64,000 nt of DNA from Casimicrobiaceae bacterium. Lineage in GTDB: Bacteria; Pseudomonadota; Gammaproteobacteria; Burkholderiales; Casimicrobiaceae. Shown one piece after another: positions 20,959 to 33,683 of this stretch. A model generated the notes under the pieces. The model worked only from the letters and a program-made list of their open reading frames with translations. It did not search any database and had not been told where the DNA came from. The stretch lies in NCBI GenBank assembly GCA_044223185.1, contig JBGAMF010000007.1:686-64685 (forward strand), read 5' to 3'. Position 1 is the stretch's first letter; the number at the start of each line of letters is the position of its first letter. The translations under genes and the position numbers were made by a program.

Positions 20959-21266
20959 TTTGCCGGCCCGCGACACTGCGCGAACCCGTCCTGCCAGCCG
21001 ACGCGGTAGTTGCCGTCGTTGGCGAAGCGCGCCGGGTCCTTCTTCTCGGCCCCGCGACCGGTCGCGCAGCCGTCGCCGAAGCCCAGCCGGTACGTCGGCG
21101 GGAAGCCCTGCAGGTTGACGGGCGGCGGCGGCGGCTCGACGTAGGGCGCCGGCTGCGACGGCGGCGGCTTCGCGGGAACCGGCGGTTGCGGCGTGCTCGC
21201 GCAACCCGCGATGACGGCCACCGGAAGCAGGACGCAGGCGCGCGCGGCGCGCGGCGGAATGCGCAT
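20955..21266 (-). CDS. Small hypothetical lipoprotein
   Basis: Signal with IAGC lipobox; Pro-rich linker; YRLGFGDGC..G and YRVGWQDGF..C repeats. Confidence 0.75.
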   Translation of the reverse strand: MRIPPRAARACVLLPVAVIAGCASTPQPPVPAKPPPSQPAPYVEPPPPPVNLQGFPPTYRLGFGDGCATGRGAEKKDPARFANDGNYRVGWQDGFAQCRGPAK

Positions 21267-21319
21267 GGCGATGAGGGCGCGGGCCGCGGCGGATGCCGCG
21301 GCGGCCGATGCGAACGGAG

Positions 21320-21329
21320 TAGAATTCTA
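21320..21329. promoter_or_regulatory. Palindromic TAGAATTCTA giving a -10 hexamer on both strands
   Basis: TAGAAT on + (21320-25) and on - (21329-24) in the short dnaE / lipoprotein spacer. Confidence 0.5.
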
Positions 21330-21349
21330 GCACCCTGCGCACGACCGAC

Positions 21350-24814
<3,465 letters not shown>

Positions 24815-24873
24815 TCCTTCGCCGCGGCGACGAGCCCGCGGCGCCGTACCGACCGACCGCGAGGAAGACCGCC

Positions 24874-25875
24874 ATGCCGTTGCCGAGCACGATGCGTTAC
24901 GTCGCCGTCCGCGAACCGGGGCCGCCCGACGTGCTGGTGCCGGCCGAAGGCCCGCTGCCCGTGCCGAAGCCCGGCGAGGTGCTGATCGAGGTCGCGTACG
25001 CCGGCGTCAACCGCCCCGACTGCCTGCAGCGGTCCGGCGCGTACCCGCCGCCGCCCGACGCGTCGCCGATCGTGGGACTGGAGGTCGCGGGCCGCATCGC
25101 CGCGCTCGGCGATGGCGTGACGGAGTGGCAGGCCGGCGACACCGTGTGCGCGCTGACGCCGGGCGGCGGGTACGCCGAGTACTGCACGGCACCCGCGGGC
25201 TTCTGCCTGCCGCCGCCGCCCGGGCTGTCGCTGGCGGAGGCCGCCTGCGTGCCCGAGAACTTCTTCACCGTCTGGTACAACCTCTTCGACCGCATCCGCT
25301 TCGCGGCGGGAGAATCGGTGCTGATCCACGGCGGCACCAGCGGGATCGGCCTCACGGCGATCCAGTTGTGCAAGGCGTTCGGCGCGATCGTGTACGCGAC
25401 GGCGGGCTCCGCCGAGAAGGTCGCGTTCTGCCGCACGCTGGGTGCCGACCACGCGTTCGACTACAAGACGCAGGACTGGTCGGCGGAGGTGTGGCGGCTC
25501 ACCGGCAAGCGCGGCGTGGACGTGGTGCTGGACATGGTCGGCGGCAGCTACGTCGAGCGCAACCTGCGTTCGCTGGCGCCGGAAGGCCGCCTCGTGCAGA
25601 TCGCGTTTCTCGAGGGCAGCCGGGTCGAGGTCGACCTGCGGCACGTCATGATGAAGCGGCTGACGGTGACCGGCTCGACGCTGCGCGCGAGCCCGCAGGC
25701 GCGCAAGGTCGCGCTGGCGCAGGCGCTGCGCGCGAACGTCTGGCCGCTGTTCGCGCAGGGCAGGTTGAAGGTCGTGCTCAACCGGACGTTCCCGCTCGCG
25801 GACGCGGCGGCAGCACACGCGCTCATGGAGTCCGGCACGCTGATCGGCAAGGTGGTGCTCGCGTTGCGCGGCTGA
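24874..25875 (+). CDS. NAD(P)H-quinone oxidoreductase (zeta-crystallin/PIG3-like)
   Basis: AGVNRPD, GLEVAG, IHGGTSGIG, VLDMVGG. Confidence 0.93.
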   Translation: MPLPSTMRYVAVREPGPPDVLVPAEGPLPVPKPGEVLIEVAYAGVNRPDCLQRSGAYPPPPDASPIVGLEVAGRIAALGDGVTEWQAGDTVCALTPGGGYAEYCTAPAGFCLPPPPGLSLAEAACVPENFFTVWYNLFDRIRFAAGESVLIHGGTSGIGLTAIQLCKAFGAIVYATAGSAEKVAFCRTLGADHAFDYKTQDWSAEVWRLTGKRGVDVVLDMVGGSYVERNLRSLAPEGRLVQIAFLEGSRVEVDLRHVMMKRLTVTGSTLRASPQARKVALAQALRANVWPLFAQGRLKVVLNRTFPLADAAAAHALMESGTLIGKVVLALRG

Positions 25876-25892
25876 CACGCCCGATCCGCACA

Positions 25893-26127
25893 CCCCTCAC
25901 CCCAACCCTGTCCCCGCACGCGGGGAGAGGGAGCGTGCCTGCGCGATCCGCGGCGACGATCCGGCGCGCCGATCGGCAAGGTCGTGCTCGCGGTGCGCGG
26001 CTGACACGCCCGATCCGCGCACCCCTCACCCCAACCCTCTCCCCGCACGCGGGGAGAGGAAGAGTGAAGGCGCACGTCGCGCCGATGCGCTCCCTCTCCC
26101 GCTTGCGGGAGAGGGTTGGGGTGAGGG
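25893..26127. repeat. Cluster of three REP-like palindromes (CCCTCACCCCAACCCTCTCCC...GGGAGAGG), BIME-like
   Basis: Direct copies 25893-25933 and 26022-26059; inverted copy 26090-26127; each has a GC stem. Confidence 0.85.
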
Positions 26128-26132
26128 CGTCG

Positions 26133-26879
26133 TCAGTACGTGGCTCGTCCGCCCGACAGGTCGAACACCGCCCCGGTCGAGAACGAGCAGTCCTCGCTCG
26201 CCAGCCAGCAGACGAGCGCGGCGATCTCGTCGACGGTGCCGAACCGCCCCATCGGAATCTTCGCCAGCATGAAGTCGATGTGCTGCTGCGTCATCTGGTC
26301 GAAGATCGCCGTGCGCACGGCGGCGGGGGTCACGCAGTTGACGCGGATGCCGGTGCGCGCGAGCTCCTTGCCCAGCGACTTGGTGAGCCCGATCACCGCC
26401 GCCTTCGACGCGCTGTACGCCGACGCGTTCGGGTTGCCCTCCTTGCCGGCGACCGACGCGATGTTGACGATCCGCCCGTAGTCCTTCGCCTTCATCAGCG
26501 GCACGACGGCGCGGTTGCACAGGAACACGCCGTGAACGTTCACGTCGAACACGCGCTTCCAGTCGTCGACCGGGTAGTCGGCGAGCGGCACGTTCGGCCC
26601 CGTGATGCCCGCCGAGCACACGAGCACGTCGACGGCGCCCAGCGCCTCGGCCGTCGCCCGCGCGGTGCGCTCGACCGCGGCCGCGTCGGCGACGTCCACG
26701 GCGAACGTGCGGACGTCGCCGGCGATCGCGGCCGCCGCCGCTGCAAGCGCCCGCTCGTCGCGGTCCCACAGCGCGACTCGCGCGCCACCCGCCGCCAGCC
26801 GCTGCGCGACCGCGAGGCCGATGCCCATGGCGCCGCCGGTGACGGCCGCGGTCCGGCCTGCGAAATCGAGCTGGTTCAT
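26133..26879 (-). CDS. SDR family oxidoreductase
   Basis: TGGAMGIG, YSASK (YxxxK), IPMGRFG. Confidence 0.93.
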   Translation of the reverse strand: MNQLDFAGRTAAVTGGAMGIGLAVAQRLAAGGARVALWDRDERALAAAAAAIAGDVRTFAVDVADAAAVERTARATAEALGAVDVLVCSAGITGPNVPLADYPVDDWKRVFDVNVHGVFLCNRAVVPLMKAKDYGRIVNIASVAGKEGNPNASAYSASKAAVIGLTKSLGKELARTGIRVNCVTPAAVRTAIFDQMTQQHIDFMLAKIPMGRFGTVDEIAALVCWLASEDCSFSTGAVFDLSGGRATY

Positions 26880-26929
26880 CGTCGTTCTCCGCGTTCGGGC
26901 AAGGGGCGGAGGATAGCAACCCGCGCGCG

Positions 26930-27637
26930 TCAGCGGAAGAACACGGCGATCCCGACGAGCAGCGCCGCGACCGCGACGATGCCGAGGACGAGCAGCACGC
27001 CGAACATCGTGTGTCGCGTGTCGCTCTGGAACACCAGCATGTCGTCCATCAGTTCGGCGACCTGCGCGTTGGTCGCGGGCGCCGGCGGCGGCGGCTCCTC
27101 CGCGGCCGTGCCGGCGGCAACGGCACCGGCGGCGGGGGCGGCGGTCGGCACGTCGATCGGCAGGATCATCACGAAGTTCGTCACCGGCAGCGTGCGGTGC
27201 GCGTGGTTGTCCCACGCCTTGACCCGCGTGCCGGAGCGCATCCGATAGCCGAGCGCCGCAGCGTCGGCACCGGACTTGCGGTCGCCGGTGTCGACGAAGA
27301 AGCGGGTCGGCAGGCGGCCGGCGTTGGCGACGCGCAGGAGTGTGGCGAACTTGTCCGCGGCCATGGCGACGTTGACCTGGAACTTGCCCGGGGCCTCCGC
27401 GGAGCCGGCTCCCGCCTCCGCGACATAGACGAGCGAGCCGATCGCACCGCCGCCCTCGGGCGCGTGATTGCGCCGCTCGCGGATGCGCAGCACGCCGGCG
27501 AGCTGCTGGAGGGTACCGCCGGTCGCGAGCTCGACCGCGTCGTCGCCGTCCTGCACCACCTTCATCACGAGGACGCTGTCCTTGTCGTCCTCCATGACGA
27601 GCCGGGCCTTGGTCGGCCGGAAACCCAGCAGCGGCAT
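26930..27637 (-). CDS. Hypothetical protein with C-terminal TM anchor
   Basis: GC3-rich codon usage; C-terminal hydrophobic helix; no family recognised. Confidence 0.65.
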   Translation of the reverse strand: MPLLGFRPTKARLVMEDDKDSVLVMKVVQDGDDAVELATGGTLQQLAGVLRIRERRNHAPEGGGAIGSLVYVAEAGAGSAEAPGKFQVNVAMAADKFATLLRVANAGRLPTRFFVDTGDRKSGADAAALGYRMRSGTRVKAWDNHAHRTLPVTNFVMILPIDVPTAAPAAGAVAAGTAAEEPPPPAPATNAQVAELMDDMLVFQSDTRHTMFGVLLVLGIVAVAALLVGIAVFFR

Positions 27638-27917
27638 GGCGCGAGTCCGTGGTGGTTGCGTGCGCGCGGAACCTGCAGCGTACAAGCCGCAACACTTCCG
27701 CGCCGACCGGATTCTATGTCATCCGTCGCCCGGTGTTGGTGCGGGAAGACCGGCGGCAGGCGGCGCCGCTGCCCCCCGCTCCGCTGTCGTGGGCAGGCGG
27801 AACCGTCGCTGCCAAGCGAACATTCGCGTCGCGGCGGCCGTCCGATGCCGTTGTCATCGCCGACGTCCCGGGCGACAATCGTCCCGGTTCCAGCCCCGCC
27901 CATTCCGAGGAGGCGCC

Positions 27918-29198
27918 ATGCCCCGTCCCGCTCTTGCCGCCGTCGCCGTCATCGCCACACTGGCCTTCGCCGCCACCGCCCTCGCGCAGGGACGTCCGGT
28001 GCCGGCCAACCCGCCGAAGCTCACGCCCCGGGTCAGCCTCGTCACTCAGAACGCCAACGCCGCGGCACTGGCGGCGCAACTGGTCGGCCCCGGCGTGACG
28101 GTCAGCAACGCGCGGTTCACCGGGAACGCCAATTCCGCCGGCACGTTCGTCGGGGGCTCGGCGAGCGTGGGCATCGACACGGGCGTGGTCCTGTCGACCG
28201 GCTGGGCCGAGGACGCCCGCGGCCCGAACCAGGCCAGCGACTGGAGCGAGATCATGGGCACGCCCGGCGACGCCCAGCTCGACGCGCTCGTCGCGCCCGA
28301 GGTGACGTTCGACGCCGCGATCCTCGAGTTCGACGTGACGCCGGTGGCCAACACGATCGCGATCCGGTTCGTGTTCGCGTCCGAGGAGTACCAGGAGTTC
28401 GTCGGCTCGCCGTTCAACGACGTGATCGCGATCTTCGTCAACGGCTTCAACTGCGCGAACTACAACGGCCGGCCGGTCAGCGTCAACTCGATCAACGCCG
28501 ACGTCAATTCCGCGCTGTTCATCAACAACGAGGGCGGCACGCGCAACACCGAGTTCGACGGCATGACGGTCCCGCTCGACTGCGTCGCCGCGGTCACGCC
28601 GGGCGTGCCCAACCGGGTGAAGATCGCGATCGCCGACACCGCCGACCCGATCTACGACGCCGGCGTGTTCCTCGCCACCGGCGGCGTCCGCTCGCCTGGC
28701 AGCGGCCCGGTCACGGGCAGCAACGTGATCAAGGCGATCGAGTACTACCACGCCGGGTTCAAGCACTACTTCGTCACGGCGATCCCCGGCGAGATCGCGC
28801 TGCTCGACGCCGGCGCTTTCGCGGGCTGGGCGCGGACCGGCAAGGCGTTCAACGTGTTCGTGCTGGGTACCGCCGGGACCGTCGGCGTGTCGCGCTTCTT
28901 CAGCACCGCGCTCGTCAGCACGGTCATCAGCACGCACTTCTACTCGCTGAACGCCGCCGAGGTCGCGGGCCTCAAGGTCAACCCGAGGTGGACCTTCGAG
29001 GACACGGTGTTCGGCATCATGCCGCCGGTGCCGCTGTGCCCGACCGGGATGACGGCGCTATACCGCGTGTACAACAACGGCATGGGCGGCGTGCCCAACC
29101 ACCGGTTCTTCACCGAGGTCGCGGTCCTCAACTTCATGATCGCGACCGGGTGGATCCAGGAGGGGGACTACGGGATGATGGGCTGCGTGCCGCTGTAG
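27918..29198 (+). CDS. Secreted choice-of-anchor-L-like protein with C-terminal EYYH-HYF domain
   Basis: GAGGAG SD; signal peptide; FDAAILEFD, FVFASEEY.EF, FND..AIFVNG, IAIAD..D.IYDAGVF; C-terminal AIEYYHAGFKHYFVT...YRVYNN...PNHRF. Confidence 0.75.
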   Translation: MPRPALAAVAVIATLAFAATALAQGRPVPANPPKLTPRVSLVTQNANAAALAAQLVGPGVTVSNARFTGNANSAGTFVGGSASVGIDTGVVLSTGWAEDARGPNQASDWSEIMGTPGDAQLDALVAPEVTFDAAILEFDVTPVANTIAIRFVFASEEYQEFVGSPFNDVIAIFVNGFNCANYNGRPVSVNSINADVNSALFINNEGGTRNTEFDGMTVPLDCVAAVTPGVPNRVKIAIADTADPIYDAGVFLATGGVRSPGSGPVTGSNVIKAIEYYHAGFKHYFVTAIPGEIALLDAGAFAGWARTGKAFNVFVLGTAGTVGVSRFFSTALVSTVISTHFYSLNAAEVAGLKVNPRWTFEDTVFGIMPPVPLCPTGMTALYRVYNNGMGGVPNHRFFTEVAVLNFMIATGWIQEGDYGMMGCVPL

Positions 29199-29250
29199 CG
29201 CGCGGCAGTGGCGACCGCGCCGTGCGCCCGCACGGCGCGGAGCGAGGTGC

Positions 29251-29324
29251 GGTGCCGGCAGTAGGAATCGAACCCACGACCAACGGTTTACAAAACCGCT
29301 GCTCTACCCCTGAGCTATGCCGGC
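29251..29324 (-). tRNA. tRNA-Thr(UGU)
   Basis: Cloverleaf with GCCGGCA/TGCCGGC acceptor, anticodon loop TTTGTAA, T loop TTCGATT; genomic 3' end reads ACCG, so CCA is not fully encoded. Confidence 0.97.
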
Positions 29325-29495
29325 ACGGGGTGCGATTCTACCGCGCGCGCCGTGCGCGGTCTCACCGCGGGCGGCCGCAAGGCGCCCGGCGCCCGCATTC
29401 GTGAGGGGAAAATCACGGCGCAAGCGCGGGAGCGCGCGAGCGCTGGAATCCCGCTTTCGCGGGGCCGGCCCGGGGCGCGCCTTGCGCGACCCGGC

Positions 29496-29942
29496 TTACT
29501 TGATGATCTGCAGGTGCGACGGGCGCGGCTTGCGCTTGCCGGGCTCGCCGCCGTCCTTGTCCGTCGGCTCGGCCGCGGCCTTCTCAGGCTCGCGCGGCGC
29601 CGTGGCGGCGGCCAGCGAGGCGACCGGGTCCTGCGGCGACGTGAACGCGAAGCCGTAGCCGGTCTCCTTCGCGAAGATCCCGGACACGGCGTTCATCGGC
29701 ACCGCGACTTCCTGCGACGCGCCGTTGAAGCGCGCGGTGAACTGGATCCACTCGTTGTCGATGGTGAGCTTGCGCGTCGCGGTGCCGCTGACGTTGAGCA
29801 CGATCTCGCCGTTCTTGACGAACGCGGCGGGCACGCGCGTCTCCGCGTTCACCTTGACCGCGAGGTAGGGCGTCAGCGCATTGTCCGCGCACCACTCGCA
29901 GATGGCGCGGATCAGGTACGGCTTGGCGGATTGCTCGGACAT
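29496..29942 (-). CDS. sspB: ClpXP adaptor SspB
   Basis: KPYLIRAICEWCADN, EIVLNVS, FTARFNG, C-terminal HLQIIK. Confidence 0.95.
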   Translation of the reverse strand: MSEQSAKPYLIRAICEWCADNALTPYLAVKVNAETRVPAAFVKNGEIVLNVSGTATRKLTIDNEWIQFTARFNGASQEVAVPMNAVSGIFAKETGYGFAFTSPQDPVASLAAATAPREPEKAAAEPTDKDGGEPGKRKPRPSHLQIIK

Positions 29943-30015
29943 GGGGCAGACATAGTACGCAGCCCTGCCGCCGCGTCAAGGGCGGCGCCGCCGGCCGCGG
30001 CCGGGGCGCCGCGGG

Positions 30016-30615
30016 TCACTTCCGCATGCCGCGCTCGGCCGACGTCAGCGCCTCGGAGAACGCCGGGCGCGCGAACAGGCGCTCGGCGTACTTCATCAGC
30101 GGGGCGGCCTGCTTGGGCATCTGGATGCCGTAGTAGTCGAGCCGCCACAGCAGCGGCGTGATCGCGACGTCGAGCATCGAGTAGTCCTCGCCCAGCATGT
30201 GCTTGTGCTTGGCGAACACCGGCGTGATCTGCAGCAGCGCGTCGCGGACGAGGCCGCGCGCCTTGTCGGCGCTCTTCTGGTTGTTCCCCTCGAGCGCGTC
30301 GATGTGGCAGAACAGCTCCTTCTCGAAGCGGTGCAGGAACAGCCGCGCGCGCGCGCGCATCACCGGGTCCGCGGGCATCAGCTGCGGGTGCGGGAAGCGC
30401 TCGTCGATGTACTCGTTGATGATGTTCGACTCGTGCAGCACGAGGTCGCGCTCGACCAGCACCGGGACCTGGTTGTACGGGTTCATCACCGCGAGGTCCT
30501 CGGGCTTGTGGTCGAGGTCGACGTCGATGATCTGGAAGTCCATCCCCTTCTCGTGCAGCACGATGCGGCAGCGCTGCGAGAAGGGGTCGGTGGTCCCGGA
30601 GTAGAGCGTCATCAT
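30016..30615 (-). CDS. sspA: Stringent starvation protein A (GST-like)
   Basis: MMTLYSG.TDPFSQRCRIVL.EKG, NPYNQVPVLVER. Confidence 0.95.
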   Translation of the reverse strand: MMTLYSGTTDPFSQRCRIVLHEKGMDFQIIDVDLDHKPEDLAVMNPYNQVPVLVERDLVLHESNIINEYIDERFPHPQLMPADPVMRARARLFLHRFEKELFCHIDALEGNNQKSADKARGLVRDALLQITPVFAKHKHMLGEDYSMLDVAITPLLWRLDYYGIQMPKQAAPLMKYAERLFARPAFSEALTSAERGMRK

Positions 30616-30730
30616 GATGGGATTCTCCTCGCCGTGGGCGGGCAATCTCTCGATATGGGGCGAAGGGCCCGGAATGAAACCGGGGCACGGGCGCCGCCCG
30701 TACCCCGCGCGGTCGGTGCGCGACGGCGGC

Positions 30731-31537
30731 CTAGTGGACGTCCTTCCAGTACGAGCGCTTCAGCGCGTAGACGAACGCGAACAGCACGCCGAGGTAGAGC
30801 AGCACGACGATGCCGAGGCTGATCCGCTTGTTGCGCACGGGCTCGGCCACGTAGTCCATGAAGTTGACGAGGTCGGCGACGAACGCCTCGTACTGCACCT
30901 GCGTCATCGTGCCGGGCGCCGCGGGATCGGCGGCGACCGTCCGCACGAGCCACTTGCCGCCCGGGGCCGGGTCGACGCGGACGAGGCCTTTCTTCCCGAT
31001 GGCGGCGGCGGTGGCCTTCTCGTGGTCGGTGAACTCCGTCGTCACGAGCCTGGGCGTGCCGGAGAGCTCCCACAGCGCGTGCGGCATGCCCACGTTGGGG
31101 AACACGAGGTTGTTCCACCCCGTCGCCGACTGCTCGTCGCGGTAGAACGACAGGAAGTAGTTGTACAGCCAGTCGCTGCCGCGGACGCGCGCCTGCACCG
31201 ACAGGTCGGGCGGCATCGTCCCGAACGCGGACTTGGCGAGCCCCGCGGGCATCGCCACGGTCATCGTCGAGCCGATCTTGTCGGTCCCGAACATCAGGTT
31301 GTCGCGGATCTGGTCGGCCGTCAGCCCGATGTCGGTCAGCCGCTCGTAGCGCATGAACTTCGCGCTGTGGCAGTTGAGGCAGTAGTTGACGAAGTTGCGG
31401 GCGCCACGCTGCAGCGACTCGACGTCGAGACGGTGCACCGGCGCCGGCTCGAGGCGCAGGCCGGCGCCGCCGGAGGCGGCGGCCGCCCCGGCGACCGCGA
31501 ACAGCAGCGCCGCGGAGAGGGAGGCGATCTTCTTCAT
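30731..31537 (-). CDS. petC: Cytochrome c1
   Basis: YCLNCH heme motif, PPDLS, C-terminal TM. Confidence 0.95.
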   Translation of the reverse strand: MKKIASLSAALLFAVAGAAAASGGAGLRLEPAPVHRLDVESLQRGARNFVNYCLNCHSAKFMRYERLTDIGLTADQIRDNLMFGTDKIGSTMTVAMPAGLAKSAFGTMPPDLSVQARVRGSDWLYNYFLSFYRDEQSATGWNNLVFPNVGMPHALWELSGTPRLVTTEFTDHEKATAAAIGKKGLVRVDPAPGGKWLVRTVAADPAAPGTMTQVQYEAFVADLVNFMDYVAEPVRNKRISLGIVVLLYLGVLFAFVYALKRSYWKDVH

Positions 31538-31540
31538 TCG

Positions 31541-32827
31541 TCAGGTCGTCCTATCCGGAACGGGCTTGGTCTTGTCGCGCACCGTGTACCAGGGCATCAG
31601 CAGGAAGAACAGGAAGTACACGACCGTGAGCAGGCGCGCGACCACCGTCGCCTTGTCGGCGCCGCCGAGCAGCGGCCAGCCGTCGGCGAACTGCCCCCAG
31701 ATGGTGACCGGGACCACGCCGAGGTAGCCCAGCAGCAGGAACGAGATCACGAACGCGGCAAGCCACGACTTGTAGAGCGTGCCGCGGTAGCGGATCGACT
31801 TCACGGCGCCGCGGTCGAGCCACGGCAGGAAGAAGAAGATCAGCACGGCGGCGCCCATCGCGACGACGCCGTAGAACTGCGTCGCCGGCAGGAACGGCAC
31901 CAGCTCCGACGGGACCGCGCGGAGGATCGCGTAGTACGGCGTGAAGTACCACACCGGCGCGATGTGCTCGGGCGTCTTCAGCGGGTCGGCCGGGATGAAG
32001 TTGTTGGCCTCGAGGAAGTAGCCGCCCATCTCCGGCACGAAGAACATGATCGCCGAGAACACCGCGAGGAAGAACACGACGCCGACGATGTCCTTGATCG
32101 TGTAGTACGGATGGCTGTTGATGCCGTCGAGGTAGAGCCCGGTCTTCGGGTCCTTCGGCTGCTTCTTGATCTCGATGCCGTCCGGGTTGTTGGAGCCGAC
32201 TTCGTGCAGCGCCATGAGGTGCGCGGCAACCAGCCCCAGGAGGACCAGCGGGAAGGCGATCACGTGGAACGCGAAGAAGCGGTTCAGCGTGATGTCGGAG
32301 ATCGTGTAGTCGCCGCGGATCCAGACGCCCAGGCCCTCGCCGATGAACGGGACCGTCGCGAACAGGTTGACGATGACCTGCGCGCCCCAGTAGGACATCT
32401 GCCCCCACGGGAGCAGGTAGCCGAAGAACGCCTCGCCCATCAGCGTCAGGTAGATGAGGCAGCCGATGATCCACAGGAGCTCGCGCGGCTTGCGGTAGCT
32501 GCCGTACATGAGGCCGCGGAACATGTGCAGGTAGACGACGACGAAGAACATCGACGCGCCCGTCGAGTGCATGTAGCGGATGAGCCACCCCCACTCGACG
32601 TCGCGCATGATGTACTCGACCGACTCGAACGCCTTGGTCGCGTCGGGCTTGTAGTTCATCGTCAGGAAGATGCCGGTGACGATCTGCATCACCAGCACCA
32701 GCGTGGCGAGGGACCCGAAGTAGTACCAGAAGTTGAAGTTCTTCGGCGCGACGTACTTGCCCCACTGCGACTCCCACAGCGAGGTCAGCGGGAAGCGCGC
32801 GTCGATCCAGTTCAGTAGCTTGTCCAT
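31541..32827 (-). CDS. petB: Cytochrome b
   Basis: RYMHSTGAS, LPWGQMSYWGAQVI, TLNRFFAFH, PEHIAPVWYF. Confidence 0.98.
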   Translation of the reverse strand: MDKLLNWIDARFPLTSLWESQWGKYVAPKNFNFWYYFGSLATLVLVMQIVTGIFLTMNYKPDATKAFESVEYIMRDVEWGWLIRYMHSTGASMFFVVVYLHMFRGLMYGSYRKPRELLWIIGCLIYLTLMGEAFFGYLLPWGQMSYWGAQVIVNLFATVPFIGEGLGVWIRGDYTISDITLNRFFAFHVIAFPLVLLGLVAAHLMALHEVGSNNPDGIEIKKQPKDPKTGLYLDGINSHPYYTIKDIVGVVFFLAVFSAIMFFVPEMGGYFLEANNFIPADPLKTPEHIAPVWYFTPYYAILRAVPSELVPFLPATQFYGVVAMGAAVLIFFFLPWLDRGAVKSIRYRGTLYKSWLAAFVISFLLLGYLGVVPVTIWGQFADGWPLLGGADKATVVARLLTVVYFLFFLLMPWYTVRDKTKPVPDRTT

Positions 32828-33438
32828 CAGCTATCCTTGCCGTCCTGGCCCACGCCGATGACGATCTTCGTGTCCGTCAGGTACTTGTGCGGGGGAATCA
32901 CGAGGTTGGTCGGCGCGGGCACGCCGCGGTAGACGCGGCCCGCAAGGTCGAACTTCGACTGGTGGCACGGGCAGAAGAAGCCGCCGAGCCAGTCGGGCCC
33001 GAGGTCGGCCGGCGCGATCTCCGGCCGGAACGTCGGCGAGCAGCCAAGGTGCGTGCAGATGCCGATGGCGACCCACATCGAGTCCTTGATCGACCGGTGC
33101 TCGTTCTTGCAGTACGGCGGCTGCTGCGGCACGTTCGAATTCGGGTCCGCGAGCCGGCTGTCGAGCTTCGGCAGCGACTCCAGCATCGGCTTGGTGCGGT
33201 TCAGCACCCAGCACACCTTGCCGCGCCACTCGACGGTGATGAGCTGCCCCGCCTCGATCTTGCCGATGTCCACCTCGACCGGCGCGCCGGCGGCGCGCGC
33301 GCGCGCGGAAGGCCAGAACGACATCACGAACGGCGTGGCGGCGGCGACGACGCCGATCCCGCCCACCGCACTGCTGGCCGTGATCAGGAACCGGCGCTTG
33401 TTGGTGTCGACCGTTTGATTGAGCGCAGCGTCAGCCAT
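32827..33438 (-). CDS. petA: Rieske Fe-S subunit of ubiquinol-cytochrome c reductase
   Basis: KRRFL Tat anchor; CTHLGC and CPCHQS motifs. Confidence 0.97.
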   Translation of the reverse strand: MADAALNQTVDTNKRRFLITASSAVGGIGVVAAATPFVMSFWPSARARAAGAPVEVDIGKIEAGQLITVEWRGKVCWVLNRTKPMLESLPKLDSRLADPNSNVPQQPPYCKNEHRSIKDSMWVAIGICTHLGCSPTFRPEIAPADLGPDWLGGFFCPCHQSKFDLAGRVYRGVPAPTNLVIPPHKYLTDTKIVIGVGQDGKDS

Positions 33439-33683
33439 CCCCGTGTCCCGAGAAGCGCGAAGACCGAAAGTGGGCAGGCCGCCGGGATGGCGGCTGCCCG
33501 CCGTCTTCGCGGCAGGTTCGCAAAACCTGCCGATTATACGGGATTTGCCCGTCCCGCCGGAAGTCCGGCAGTAGGCCGGCCCCGGAATCCGGATGCAAAT
33601 CAGTCGGTTGCGGCCATGTCGCGCAAGGCGCCGGGGCCGGCCCCCGACCCTCGGAACGACCGTCTGCCTCTATACTTGACGGC

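Noticed and set aside
29200-29324. Genomic island integrated at tRNA-Thr
   Set aside because: No duplicated tRNA 3' end and no integrase found; flanking genes have host-like composition
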